Shown here piece by piece: positions 9,028 through 17,948 of a stretch of DNA of 32,000 nt (within the stretch, counting starts at the first letter, position 1; each line of letters begins with the position of its first letter). Under the pieces are notes generated by a model, which was given only the letters and a program-made list of their open reading frames with translations, did not search any database and had not been told where the DNA came from. The stretch spans positions 630,001 through 662,000 of the forward strand of contig NC_007205.1 of the NCBI RefSeq assembly GCF_000012345.1, written 5' to 3'. Source of the stretch: Candidatus Pelagibacter ubique HTCC1062 (GTDB lineage: Bacteria > Pseudomonadota > Alphaproteobacteria > Pelagibacterales > Pelagibacteraceae). The translations under genes and the position numbers were made by a program.

Positions 9028-9801
9028 ATGAATAAAAAAATCTTAAACTTTATTAAAAAAAAAAATAAAACTAAAATTATAAGTCTTACTGCTTACTCTA
9101 AAAATATAGCATCAATAATAGATAGACACTGTGACCTTGTATTGGTAGGCGACTCCCTTGGCTCTGTACTTTATAGTTTTTCTTCTACAAAAAAAGTGAC
9201 ATTGGATATGATGATTGAACATTCTAAAAGTGTAAGAATGGGTGTTAAAAAAAGTTTAATGGTAGTAGACATGCCTCATAACACTTACCGTAACTCAAAA
9301 GAAGCCTTAAGTAATGCAAAAAAAATAATCTCTAAAACGAAGTGTGATGCAATCAAGCTTGAGGGGGGTAAAAAAGTAATTCAAATAATTAAAACTTTAA
9401 TTAAGAATAAAATTCCTGTGATGGGGCATCTTGGTGTTCTACCGCAATCTGCAACAAATTTTAAATTTAAAGGAAAAGAAATAGCAGAAAGAAAAATTAT
9501 TTTAAGAGATTCTAAACTTTTAGAAGATGCTGGTGTATTTTCAATAGTTTTAGAGTGTGTTGAAAGCTCGTTAGCAAAAGAAATTACTAAAACTGTTAAA
9601 GTTCCTACAATTGGAATTGGGGCATCAGTACATTGTGATGGTCAAGTTTTAGTTACTGACGACTTGATAGGTCTGAATAAAATTAAAGCTAGATTTGTGA
9701 AAAGGTATTCAAATATTGAAAAACAAATAAATGATGCTGCACTAAAATTTAAGAAAGATGTAATTAGAAGTAAGTTTCCTACTAAAAAACATTCATATTA
9801 A
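9028..9801 (+). CDS. panB: 3-methyl-2-oxobutanoate hydroxymethyltransferase
   Basis: KIISLTAY...DLVLVGDSLG, DMP, KLEGG, GHLGVLPQS and IGIGAS..CDGQVLV are typical PanB blocks. Confidence 0.92.
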   Translation: MNKKILNFIKKKNKTKIISLTAYSKNIASIIDRHCDLVLVGDSLGSVLYSFSSTKKVTLDMMIEHSKSVRMGVKKSLMVVDMPHNTYRNSKEALSNAKKIISKTKCDAIKLEGGKKVIQIIKTLIKNKIPVMGHLGVLPQSATNFKFKGKEIAERKIILRDSKLLEDAGVFSIVLECVESSLAKEITKTVKVPTIGIGASVHCDGQVLVTDDLIGLNKIKARFVKRYSNIEKQINDAALKFKKDVIRSKFPTKKHSY

Positions 9802-9802
9802 A

Positions 9803-10417
9803 TTAAAAATATTGTTTGAATGTTTCGTTAATTGATAAGACGCCATAATCATTTAAACCACCAATTATTAGTTGAAGAGCTACAATTAAAATAAAACCTA
9901 ACCCTACATAGGCTATCCATAAGTTTTTTTGAATATAATTAGCTAAATAAGTAGCTAATGCTCCAGTTAATACTACAGATAAAACAAGACCAAATATCAT
10001 GAAACCAAAATGACCTTTTGCAGCACCAACTACCCCAATAACGTTATCAAAACTTATTGTAATATCTGCAAATAAAACTTTATAAATACTTTTTACAAAT
10101 GAAGGTTCTGTTGATTTTTTTACTGGTGATTTAATCTTATTCTTCATTTCAACTAAATCTTTCCTTAAATCATTAACAATCCAAATTAGAAGTAGTCCAC
10201 CTAAAATTTTAATATAATAAAATTCAAATAAGTAAGTAGCAAAAAGAGCAAAAATAATTTTAAAAACTAAAGCTCCAGCTACACCCCAGAGAATTATTTG
10301 CTTTCTATTTTTTGGTACAAAGTTAGCAGCAATTAATCCAATGATAATAGCATTATCAGCAGCTAAGATGATATCAATAAAGATGATTTGGGTTAAAATT
10401 ATGAATTCTTCGATCAA
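9803..10417 (-). CDS. TerC/YjbE-family integral membrane protein
   Basis: Multi-pass membrane ORF with the duplicated TerC-type motif (ILAADNAIIIG near the N-terminus, SFDNVIGVVG in the second half). Its stop lies 1 nt from the panB stop. Confidence 0.8.
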   Translation of the reverse strand: MIEEFIILTQIIFIDIILAADNAIIIGLIAANFVPKNRKQIILWGVAGALVFKIIFALFATYLFEFYYIKILGGLLLIWIVNDLRKDLVEMKNKIKSPVKKSTEPSFVKSIYKVLFADITISFDNVIGVVGAAKGHFGFMIFGLVLSVVLTGALATYLANYIQKNLWIAYVGLGFILIVALQLIIGGLNDYGVLSINETFKQYF

Positions 10418-10461
10418 GAGTTTTTTATAATATCAATTTATAATAATTCAATTAAAAAAAT

Positions 10462-10498
10462 TATAAAAAAAAGGCGACCATGTTAATGATCGCCTTTA
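10462..10498 (-). terminator. Rho-independent terminator downstream of the binding-protein gene
   Basis: On the minus strand: AAAGGCGA (10498-10491), a 12-nt loop, TCGCCTTT (10478-10471), then a T-rich run (TTTTT ATAAT). The 8-bp stem is GC-containing in an otherwise AT-rich spacer and sits 17 nt after the stop at 10515. Confidence 0.75.
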
Positions 10499-10514
10499 AT
10501 AGTATTAGTCTAAA

Positions 10515-11771
10515 TTATTTTTGAGACCAAGTTGGCATTGGGTATTGCAGTTTACATGCTGCTAGCTCAAATGGATAAACTGTACAGTATTTTCCATCTT
10601 GCACTTGCATCAAAATACCTCTTGTCTTTTCATTTTGTCCATCAGCACCAAATTTAATACCTCTGTAAGGAACGATAAGAGAGTCAGATGACATATCTAA
10701 ATCTACCAATGCTTGTCTAATTTTTTCTGGGTCTGTTGATCCAGCATTATTAATTGCATTAGCTAATGCCATAAAACCAGTAAATGCTCTAGCAGGTACA
10801 TCTGATAAATCTCTTCCACCAGAATGTGTCTTAAATATTTCATTTACAGTTCCAATCATTGGAATTGTAGTAGCCAAGTCAGTGTTGAAAGGAGATCTTG
10901 TAATTACACCTTCAGCTTTGCTTCCCATGGTAGCTATAAATTTTGGATCAGTATAACCAGCATTTTGAGCAACTAAAAGTTTAGGATTATAATCAAGTTC
11001 TTTAGCTGTGTTTAAAAATAAGTAAGCATCAGCGGTATAAGAAGATGGCAATAAAACATCAGGGTTTTTTGCTTTTAATCTTTGTACTTCAGAACTTAAA
11101 GAAGTTGTTTTTGCTTTATAGCTAATTTTCTCGACAACTTTATAACCTTTGTCTTTAGCCATTGTGTTTTGTGTTCCACCACTATCAGCTCCCCAAAGAG
11201 TATCTTCATGAATAATTCCAAGTGTCTTTAACTTATTACCATTCTTAGTGTTAAAATCGTCCATAAATTCAAACATCAATTGAGTAAACTCACCATCATG
11301 TGGTGTTACTCTAAAGAAATATTTAAACCCTCTTGTAGTTAATTTTGGTGAAGTCGACTCACCATTAACCCAAGGTATACCAGCTCTTTCAGATACTTGA
11401 CTTGCTGCACCTGTTACAGATGAGTAGTAAGCACCAAACATTGCATGAACTTTATCAGAGTTTAACATTTTCTCTGTTTCACCAACTCCAATATCTGGTT
11501 TTCCACCATGATCACCAACAACAATTGAAATTTTTCCACCACCTAAACCTTTTAGGCCAGCATCTTTTGCTAAAGGCATACCAGGAATATTATGGCTGTT
11601 GTTTATAATATCTAAAGCAGTTTGAACTGCTGCTACGGCATCTTTTCCAACCTGAGCAACAGGCCCAGTTAATGGATAAAGTACTCCAATTTTAACATTT
11701 TCTGCAGCACTAATTGTAGGCGCACAAACTAATGATAAAAAAGTAAATACTGAAAGTATTATTTTTTTCAT
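10515..11771 (-). CDS. ABC transporter periplasmic substrate-binding protein, LIV (branched-chain amino acid) family
   Basis: Signal peptide (…APTISA/AE). Type-I periplasmic binding fold start KIGVLYPLTGPVAQVGKD. Divergent from the livHMGF-like genes. GAGGG Shine-Dalgarno-like element 7 nt upstream of the ATG. Confidence 0.88.
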   Translation of the reverse strand: MKKIILSVFTFLSLVCAPTISAAENVKIGVLYPLTGPVAQVGKDAVAAVQTALDIINNSHNIPGMPLAKDAGLKGLGGGKISIVVGDHGGKPDIGVGETEKMLNSDKVHAMFGAYYSSVTGAASQVSERAGIPWVNGESTSPKLTTRGFKYFFRVTPHDGEFTQLMFEFMDDFNTKNGNKLKTLGIIHEDTLWGADSGGTQNTMAKDKGYKVVEKISYKAKTTSLSSEVQRLKAKNPDVLLPSSYTADAYLFLNTAKELDYNPKLLVAQNAGYTDPKFIATMGSKAEGVITRSPFNTDLATTIPMIGTVNEIFKTHSGGRDLSDVPARAFTGFMALANAINNAGSTDPEKIRQALVDLDMSSDSLIVPYRGIKFGADGQNEKTRGILMQVQDGKYCTVYPFELAACKLQYPMPTWSQK

Positions 11772-11879
11772 TTATTTTCCCTCATATTTGTTTTTTTTAA
11801 AAATATAATCTAATACTATATATGATATCAATTCAATGACTTACTATTCAGCAAACAGTATAAAATTTATAAAAAATAA

Positions 11880-12746
11880 ATGACATCTGAAATAATCTTA
11901 CAAGCAATGGTGACAGGATTAATGATGGGTTTAATTTATGCATTAATTGCTGCTGGGTTAAGTTTAATTTTTGGATTAATGGATATAGTAAATTTTGCTC
12001 ATGGTGAACATTTGATGTTATCGATGTTTTCATCATTTTGGTTATGGTCTTTATTTGGGTTAGATCCAATTTTTTCAATTCCAATTACAATTTTATTAAT
12101 GGCTTTTTGCGGAGTGCTAACTCATTATTTTTTGATTAGATATATATTGAAAGCCAAAATGCTAATCCAGATTTGTGCAACATTTGGATTATCAATATTC
12201 ATTAGATCAATTGCACAGTTTTTATGGACACCAGATTTTAGAAATATTGACAAACCATTATTAGAAGGAAGATTAGAAATTTCAGGAATGTTTATTGGAC
12301 AGCCTCAACTAATTGCTAGTTTAGTATGTTTGGTTGCTTTTATTCTTCTTTATCTATTCGTAACAAAAACTGAAACTGGTTTAGCACTACAGGCAACAGC
12401 ACAAGACAGGCATGCAGCTGAAATTTTAGGTATACCATCTGATAAAATGTTTGCTATCGGTTGGGCAATAGGACTTGGTTGTGTTGGTGTTGCTGGAGGA
12501 ATGATGGCTAATTATTTTTTTATCTTTACTGACGTAGGAATAAATTTTGCACTATTTGCATTTGTTGCAGTGGCATTAGGAGGCTTTGGAAGTATTATAG
12601 GGTGTTTGTATGCAGGAATTATTATTGGATTAGTTGAATCATTAGGTGGTTTGCTGATAGATCCATCATTTAAGCTTTTATATGTTTTTGCAATTTATCT
12701 ATTAGTTGTAATTTTTAGACCACAAGGTTTGTTTGGAAGGTATTAA
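11880..12746 (+). CDS. livH: LIV-type ABC transporter permease (LivH family)
   Basis: 288-aa polytopic protein beginning ...LQAMVTGLMMGLIYALIAAGLSLIFG and ending ...RPQGLFG, both characteristic of LivH. Confidence 0.9.
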   Translation: MTSEIILQAMVTGLMMGLIYALIAAGLSLIFGLMDIVNFAHGEHLMLSMFSSFWLWSLFGLDPIFSIPITILLMAFCGVLTHYFLIRYILKAKMLIQICATFGLSIFIRSIAQFLWTPDFRNIDKPLLEGRLEISGMFIGQPQLIASLVCLVAFILLYLFVTKTETGLALQATAQDRHAAEILGIPSDKMFAIGWAIGLGCVGVAGGMMANYFFIFTDVGINFALFAFVAVALGGFGSIIGCLYAGIIIGLVESLGGLLIDPSFKLLYVFAIYLLVVIFRPQGLFGRY

Positions 12747-12748
12747 TT

Positions 12749-13759
12749 ATGGATAAATTATTAATAGCTAAATCTGAACCTCTCTGGAATACAGACAAAA
12801 GAATAATATCTTTAATTAGTAGTCTAATTGTATTGTTATTCGCTTTACCTCATTTTGGATTGAATTCTTTCTACCTTCATTTAATGATAATGATTTTTAT
12901 GCACGCAGTTATGGCTCAATCTTGGAATGTAATTGCAGGTTTTTCAGGACAAATCAGTTTAGGTCATGGAGCTTTTTTTGGAATTGGAGCCTATGCAACA
13001 TCATTTCTGTATGTTCAGTATGGTATATCCCCATGGATAAGTATTTTTCTTGGAATGATTGTTTCAGGAGTTGCTGCAGTTTTAATTGGCATCCCAATGT
13101 TAAGACTTAGTGGGCATTATTTTGCAATCGCTACTTTATTAATTGGAATTAGTTTTCAAGTTATATTTCAAAGGTGGGAGTGGGTAGGTGCAGCATCAGG
13201 AGTATGGGTTCCTATGACCTCAGGAGACTCTTTGTTGGCTCTTCAATTTCATAGTAGCAAAATGCCTTACTATTATATTTTTTTAGTATTTTTTATAATT
13301 ACATTTTTTTTAGTATGGCTCTTAAGTAGATCAAAATTAGGTTACAGATTAAGAGCTGTAAGAGATGATCCACAGGCTGCATTAAGTTTGTGTATTAATG
13401 TTTCTAATTATAAAATCATAGCCTATGTAATCTCAGCAATGATAATGGCACCAATGGGAAGTTTATTTGCTCAGTACATACTTATTATTGATCCAGATAG
13501 AGTTTTTAATATAGAAATTTCAATTATTGTTTTATTGATTACAGTCCTTGGCGGGATTGGAAATGTTTGGGGCCCGATTGTGGGTGCAGCTATACTTATT
13601 CCAATTTCAGAATATTCTAGAATTTATTTAGGTGGAACTGGTGGGGCTGTAGACTTAATTCTCTATGGTTTAATTCTAATGCTAATTTGCATTTTTAGAC
13701 CAGAGGGACTTATATCTTTTTTTCCAAAAAATATTTTAGAAAGAAAAAAACAAAGATGA
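12749..13759 (+). CDS. livM: LIV-type ABC transporter permease (LivM family)
   Basis: 336-aa polytopic protein with the LivM blocks QSWNVIAGFSGQISLGHGAFFGIGAY and LRAVRDD. 4-nt overlap with livG. Confidence 0.9.
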   Translation: MDKLLIAKSEPLWNTDKRIISLISSLIVLLFALPHFGLNSFYLHLMIMIFMHAVMAQSWNVIAGFSGQISLGHGAFFGIGAYATSFLYVQYGISPWISIFLGMIVSGVAAVLIGIPMLRLSGHYFAIATLLIGISFQVIFQRWEWVGAASGVWVPMTSGDSLLALQFHSSKMPYYYIFLVFFIITFFLVWLLSRSKLGYRLRAVRDDPQAALSLCINVSNYKIIAYVISAMIMAPMGSLFAQYILIIDPDRVFNIEISIIVLLITVLGGIGNVWGPIVGAAILIPISEYSRIYLGGTGGAVDLILYGLILMLICIFRPEGLISFFPKNILERKKQR

Positions 13760-14478
13760 AGATTTTATCTGTAGAAAATTTAAGTAGATCTTTTGGAGGT
13801 ATAAAAGCCAATAATGATATTTCTTTTGAGGTTATAGAAGGTACAATTTTGGGAGTAATAGGACCCAATGGTGCAGGCAAATCTACTTTGTTTGATTTAA
13901 TTACTGGCTATACAAAAACTGATAATGGTAAAGTTAGTTTCTTTAATAAAGATATATCAGGCTTAAGTCCTGATAAAATTAGTAGCTTGGGTATTGGAAG
14001 AACTTTTCAAAAATTAAAACCGTTTGCAGATCAAACATTATTAGAAAATGTAATGATTGGCTCTTTTGTTAAAGAAGATAATATTAAAAAAGCAAGGGAT
14101 AAAGCATTAGAAATAATAGATTTTGTTGATCTTATAGAAAAGAGACATCATTTTGCTAGAGAGCTTTCGACAGGTCAAAGAAAAAGATTAGAAATGGCAA
14201 GAGCAATGGCAATTGAACCAAAACTACTATTGATGGACGAAGTTACTGGAGGTGTTGATCAAAAAACTATTCCAGGTTTAGTTGAGTTAATTAAAAAACT
14301 TAAAAAATCTGGCGTAACAATAATTACCATTGAGCATAATATTAATATTATAATGGAAATTTCTGACAATATTCTAGCGCTAGATCAGGGTAAAAGAATT
14401 GCATATGGTACACCAAAAGAAATTCAACAAAATGAAGAAGTAATAGACTCATATTTAGGAACTGTTGATGCTACTTGA
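13756..14478 (+). CDS. livG: LIV-type ABC transporter ATP-binding protein (LivG family)
   Basis: Walker A GPNGAGKST, ABC signature LSTGQRKRLEMARA, Walker B LLLMDE. Confidence 0.92.
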   Translation: MKILSVENLSRSFGGIKANNDISFEVIEGTILGVIGPNGAGKSTLFDLITGYTKTDNGKVSFFNKDISGLSPDKISSLGIGRTFQKLKPFADQTLLENVMIGSFVKEDNIKKARDKALEIIDFVDLIEKRHHFARELSTGQRKRLEMARAMAIEPKLLLMDEVTGGVDQKTIPGLVELIKKLKKSGVTIITIEHNINIIMEISDNILALDQGKRIAYGTPKEIQQNEEVIDSYLGTVDAT

Positions 14479-15175
14479 TATAAAAAATATTGATGTTTTA
14501 TATGATGATTTTCAAGTTATTTGGGATGTATCAATAAATGTAGATAATGGAGAAATGGTTGCTCTTTTAGGACCTAATGGATCTGGCAAAAGTACAATTT
14601 TAAATACAATTAGTAATCTAGTTAGTCATAAGAATGGAAGCATACATTTTAAAAATAATCTAATTTCTGAAATCCCAACTTTCAAAAGAACTGAATTAGG
14701 AATTTCTCATGTTCTTGAGAGACGAAGAGTATTTCCACATCTTACTGTTATGCAAAACCTTATTCTTGGTGCTTGGCACCCTAAAGCAAAAGAAAAATTA
14801 AGTAGTTCTTTATCTAAAGTTTATAAAATTTTTCCAAAATTAGAATCTAGATCAAGCCAGTTAGCTCACACTATGTCTGGTGGTGAACAGCAAATGCTTG
14901 CTATAGCAAGAGGCTTGATGGGACTTCCAAAACTTTTGATGGTAGATGAACCATTTTTAGGATTATCACCTCTAGTAGTGAAAGATTTAATAAAAATATT
15001 CAAAAATGTGGTTAGTGAAGGAATATCAATTCTTTTTGTTGAACAAAATGTAAGATTGGCACTAAGCATGGCTGATAGGGGTTATGTTCTTGAGAGTGGA
15101 AGGTTGGTTATTAGTGGTAAATCTAATGAATTAATTAATAACGAAAAAGTTAAGAAGGTTTTTTTAGGGAACTAG
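14468..15175 (+). CDS. livF: LIV-type ABC transporter ATP-binding protein (LivF family)
   Basis: Walker A GPNGSGKST, signature MSGGEQQMLAIARG, Walker B LLMVDEP. The ORF opens at TTG 14465 with an ATG at 14468. It overlaps livG by about 11 nt. Confidence 0.92.
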   Translation: MLLDIKNIDVLYDDFQVIWDVSINVDNGEMVALLGPNGSGKSTILNTISNLVSHKNGSIHFKNNLISEIPTFKRTELGISHVLERRRVFPHLTVMQNLILGAWHPKAKEKLSSSLSKVYKIFPKLESRSSQLAHTMSGGEQQMLAIARGLMGLPKLLMVDEPFLGLSPLVVKDLIKIFKNVVSEGISILFVEQNVRLALSMADRGYVLESGRLVISGKSNELINNEKVKKVFLGN

Positions 15176-15994
15176 TTATAAAGCTGCCAAATCATTATTT
15201 AATTTATCCGTAATAAGCATTTTTCCTGGAGCATGTGTTATACAAAAGTCTGGTTTTGAATCTTGTAAAACAGATTGAGGTGTTACGCCACAAGCCCAAA
15301 ATACAGGAATTTCATTATTTTTAAATGCCTTAGGAGGATCGCCGTATTCAGGATTCATTATATCTTTTATTCCAATTTCTGATGGGTCACCTAAATGAAT
15401 AGGAGCACCATGAACTGCTGGGAACCTAGAACTAATTTGAATTGATCTAATAGCATCTTTTGAATTTAAAGGTCTCATAGAAACAACCAACTTTCCTGAG
15501 AACTGTCCTGCTGGCTCACAATCTATTGAAGTTCGATACATTGGAACAATAGTATCATTTTCAATATGCTGGATAGGTATTCCTGCCTCAATTAATGGTA
15601 ACTCAAAAGACATAGAGCATCCTAAAACAAATGTCGTTAAATCTTCATTCCAATATTTTTTGATGTCATATGGTTCATCAATAATTTTTCCTTTTTCCCA
15701 TATTCTATATTGAGGAACATCAGTCCTAATATCAATATCCCCTAAATCTTTTAATGATGGATCTCCTTTTGTACCAAACCCTATTAAAGGGCATGGTTTA
15801 GGATTTTTTTGACAAAATGATGCAAAATCCATTGCATATTTGCTGGGCAATATACAAAGATTTCCCTGTACATATTTATTAGCAGTTCCTGCTGTTTGAT
15901 TTCTGTACTCATTTTTTCTAATAACCTTTCTTGCTTCAATTGGATTTTTAATATCGAGCATAAATTTAATATTTAGATTTTTTAGTTCCTTCAA
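15176..15994 (-). CDS. DUF1445 / UPF0317 family protein (putative hydro-lyase, D-glutamate-cyclase-like)
   Basis: 272-aa ORF with family-typical blocks: [65 protein letters not shown]. An alternative ATG at 15961 would remove the 29-nt overlap with the upstream gene. Its stop abuts the livF stop with no gap. Confidence 0.75.
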   Translation of the reverse strand: MKELKNLNIKFMLDIKNPIEARKVIRKNEYRNQTAGTANKYVQGNLCILPSKYAMDFASFCQKNPKPCPLIGFGTKGDPSLKDLGDIDIRTDVPQYRIWEKGKIIDEPYDIKKYWNEDLTTFVLGCSMSFELPLIEAGIPIQHIENDTIVPMYRTSIDCEPAGQFSGKLVVSMRPLNSKDAIRSIQISSRFPAVHGAPIHLGDPSEIGIKDIMNPEYGDPPKAFKNNEIPVFWACGVTPQSVLQDSKPDFCITHAPGKMLITDKLNNDLAAL

Positions 15995-16457
15995 TTATTT
16001 CTTTTAGTTCATCAAACTCTTCACAGTTACAGGTTTTTAAAACTTCTAACCTTTCTTTAGCCATATCTATTCGGTTTGTAACTACATAAAGCTCACCAAG
16101 GTACTCATTTATTCCATTATGATTAGGTTCAATTTCTAGGCCTTGTAAGTAAAATTTCTCACCTTTTTCATAATCTCCAAGTTTTCTAGTAGTAAAACCT
16201 AAATAATTTAAAGTATCTGCCTGTAATGGTTTTTTATCATTAGATTTTAAAAGAAGTTTCTGTGCTTTAGCATATCTTTCTTGTGCTTTTTCGATTTTTC
16301 CTTTTTTTTCATATTTTTTAGCAGCTTCAATTAAATTTTTTGCTTTTGTGTAGTCTGAAGCTTTAGGAGTAGAATCGCTATCACTGCTACTTCCTGCTGC
16401 AAATGAATTATTAGTGAGTGCTATAATTATTAGTAAAGTATAAATAAGTTTTTTCAT
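15966..16457 (-). CDS. Small secreted TPR protein with C-terminal CxC motif, function unknown
   Basis: Signal peptide (…NNSFA/AG) and a Ser/Asp-rich linker. TPR consensus ([45 protein letters not shown]). Ends with ...[16 protein letters not shown]. Confidence 0.7.
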   Translation of the reverse strand: MKKLIYTLLIIIALTNNSFAAGSSSDSDSTPKASDYTKAKNLIEAAKKYEKKGKIEKAQERYAKAQKLLLKSNDKKPLQADTLNYLGFTTRKLGDYEKGEKFYLQGLEIEPNHNGINEYLGELYVVTNRIDMAKERLEVLKTCNCEEFDELKEIIEGTKKSKY

Positions 16458-16460
16458 ATT

Positions 16461-17258
16461 TTAATTAAATTTATCCATTTTATTTAAAGGTTTTAGTTCT
16501 AAGCCATTATCAACCAAATTATTCCTGATAGATTTTGCAGTTGCCAATGAGCTTTCATTGTCACCATGTATACAAACCGAGTCAATCTCACAAGGTATCT
16601 GTTTACCACTGAGACAATTTATTGCCTGATTTTTAACCATACTCAACACATGATTTTTTGCTAATTCAGGGTCAGTGATTAAAGCGTTTGGTTTACTTCT
16701 AGAAATTAAATTTCCATTATCTTCATAATTTCTATCTGCAAAAATTTCACAAGCTATTTTCAAACCATTTTTCTTAGCAGCAACTTCCATTTGCGAACCT
16801 GTTGGTACCAGATAAATAATATCTTTATTAATCTCTTTAATGGCCACAGCTAGAGTTGTGGCTAATTCCAGATCTTCACAAGCCATATTATTAAGAGCGC
16901 CATGTGGTTTAATATGAGTAACATTTTCATTATATTTTTGAGCAATTTTTTGTAATATTTCATATTGGTCGAAAATTAGTTTTTTTATTTCTAAGGAACT
17001 TAAATTCATTCTTTTTCTTCCAAAGTTTTCAGGGTCATTAAATGATGGATGGGCACCTAAACTAACACCATTTTTTTTTGAAATTTGAATAACCATCTCC
17101 ATTGTTTTTTCATCACCTGCATGGTAGCCACATGCAATGTTGGCAGAGTTTACAATATTAAGTAATTCTGGATCATTCTTGATAGAATGAAACTTAGATT
17201 TTTCTCCTAAATCACAATTGATATTAATTTCCATACTCTTTAGTCTGGAGTATAACAT
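16461..17258 (-). CDS. pxpA: 5-oxoprolinase subunit A (LamB/YcsF family)
   Basis: MEININCDLGE... is the canonical family N-terminus, so ATG 17234 is probably the true start and the ORF maximum is 17258. Other family blocks: ACGYHAGD, GAHPSF.D, IKPHGALNN, IHGD. Confidence 0.88.
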   Translation of the reverse strand: MLYSRLKSMEININCDLGEKSKFHSIKNDPELLNIVNSANIACGYHAGDEKTMEMVIQISKKNGVSLGAHPSFNDPENFGRKRMNLSSLEIKKLIFDQYEILQKIAQKYNENVTHIKPHGALNNMACEDLELATTLAVAIKEINKDIIYLVPTGSQMEVAAKKNGLKIACEIFADRNYEDNGNLISRSKPNALITDPELAKNHVLSMVKNQAINCLSGKQIPCEIDSVCIHGDNESSLATAKSIRNNLVDNGLELKPLNKMDKFN

Positions 17259-17261
17259 GAC

Positions 17262-17948
17262 ATGGTTAAAAATATATCAAATCTTGGTGATGCAGCGGTA
17301 TATTGTGATTTTGGCTCAGAAGTTAATGAAGCAATAAATTCAAGCGTCATAGATTACTTTCACCATATATCAAAATTAATAAAAGATAAAAAGATCGAAG
17401 GAATAACTAACTTAACACCTTCTTATAATAAATTAATTGTTAGTTTTGATTTGACTGTAACCAACTATAAAAAAATTAAAAATTTTATAGAAGGCTTAAC
17501 TATTAATAGAGATATTAAAAACAATAATCAAAAAATTAAGATTCCAGTCTGTTGTGACGATGAGTATGGATTAGATTTTTTAAGGCTAATTGAAAAATTG
17601 AATATAGATAAAGATAAAATATTAGAACTGTATTTTGGCAAAGAATATTTTTGTTATATGACTGGTTTTATTGCTGGAATGCCTTTTTTAGGAGATCTAA
17701 ATGAAAATATTAGGTGTGATCGATTAGAAACACCAAGAGTAAAGATGCCAAAAGGATCGGTAGGAATAACAGAACAATTTGCAAATATTTATACTTTTGA
17801 AAGCCCTGGTGGTTGGAATATAATTGGCAACACCCCGAAGAAAATTTTTGATGATAAAAATTTAGATAAACCAGCCCTAGTTAATCCAGGTGATAAAGTA
17901 AGTTTTTATCAAATAACAAAAGAAGAATATTTAAATTGGAATGAATAA
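17262..17948 (+). CDS. pxpB: 5-oxoprolinase subunit B (KipI / allophanate hydrolase subunit 1 family)
   Basis: N-terminus ..GDAAVYCDF, TPSYNKLIVSFD, FIAGMPFLG and PKGSVGI..QFANIY are typical of the KipI/PxpB family. 8-nt overlap with pxpC. Confidence 0.85.
   Translation: MVKNISNLGDAAVYCDFGSEVNEAINSSVIDYFHHISKLIKDKKIEGITNLTPSYNKLIVSFDLTVTNYKKIKNFIEGLTINRDIKNNNQKIKIPVCCDDEYGLDFLRLIEKLNIDKDKILELYFGKEYFCYMTGFIAGMPFLGDLNENIRCDRLETPRVKMPKGSVGITEQFANIYTFESPGGWNIIGNTPKKIFDDKNLDKPALVNPGDKVSFYQITKEEYLNWNE

Noticed and set aside
10418-10514. A possible yybP-ykoY (Mn2+) riboswitch upstream of the TerC-family gene, since that family is a frequent riboswitch target.
   Set aside because: The spacer is only 97 nt, is almost pure A/T apart from the terminator stem of the upstream gene, and has none of the conserved GC-rich helices of that riboswitch class.
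11784-11806. An inverted repeat ATATTT...AAATAT with T8/A5 runs in the divergent spacer between the binding-protein gene and livH, considered as an operator.
   Set aside because: It is composed only of A/T homopolymer-like sequence. Such pseudo-palindromes are expected by chance in this composition, and there is no specific arm sequence to support a binding site.
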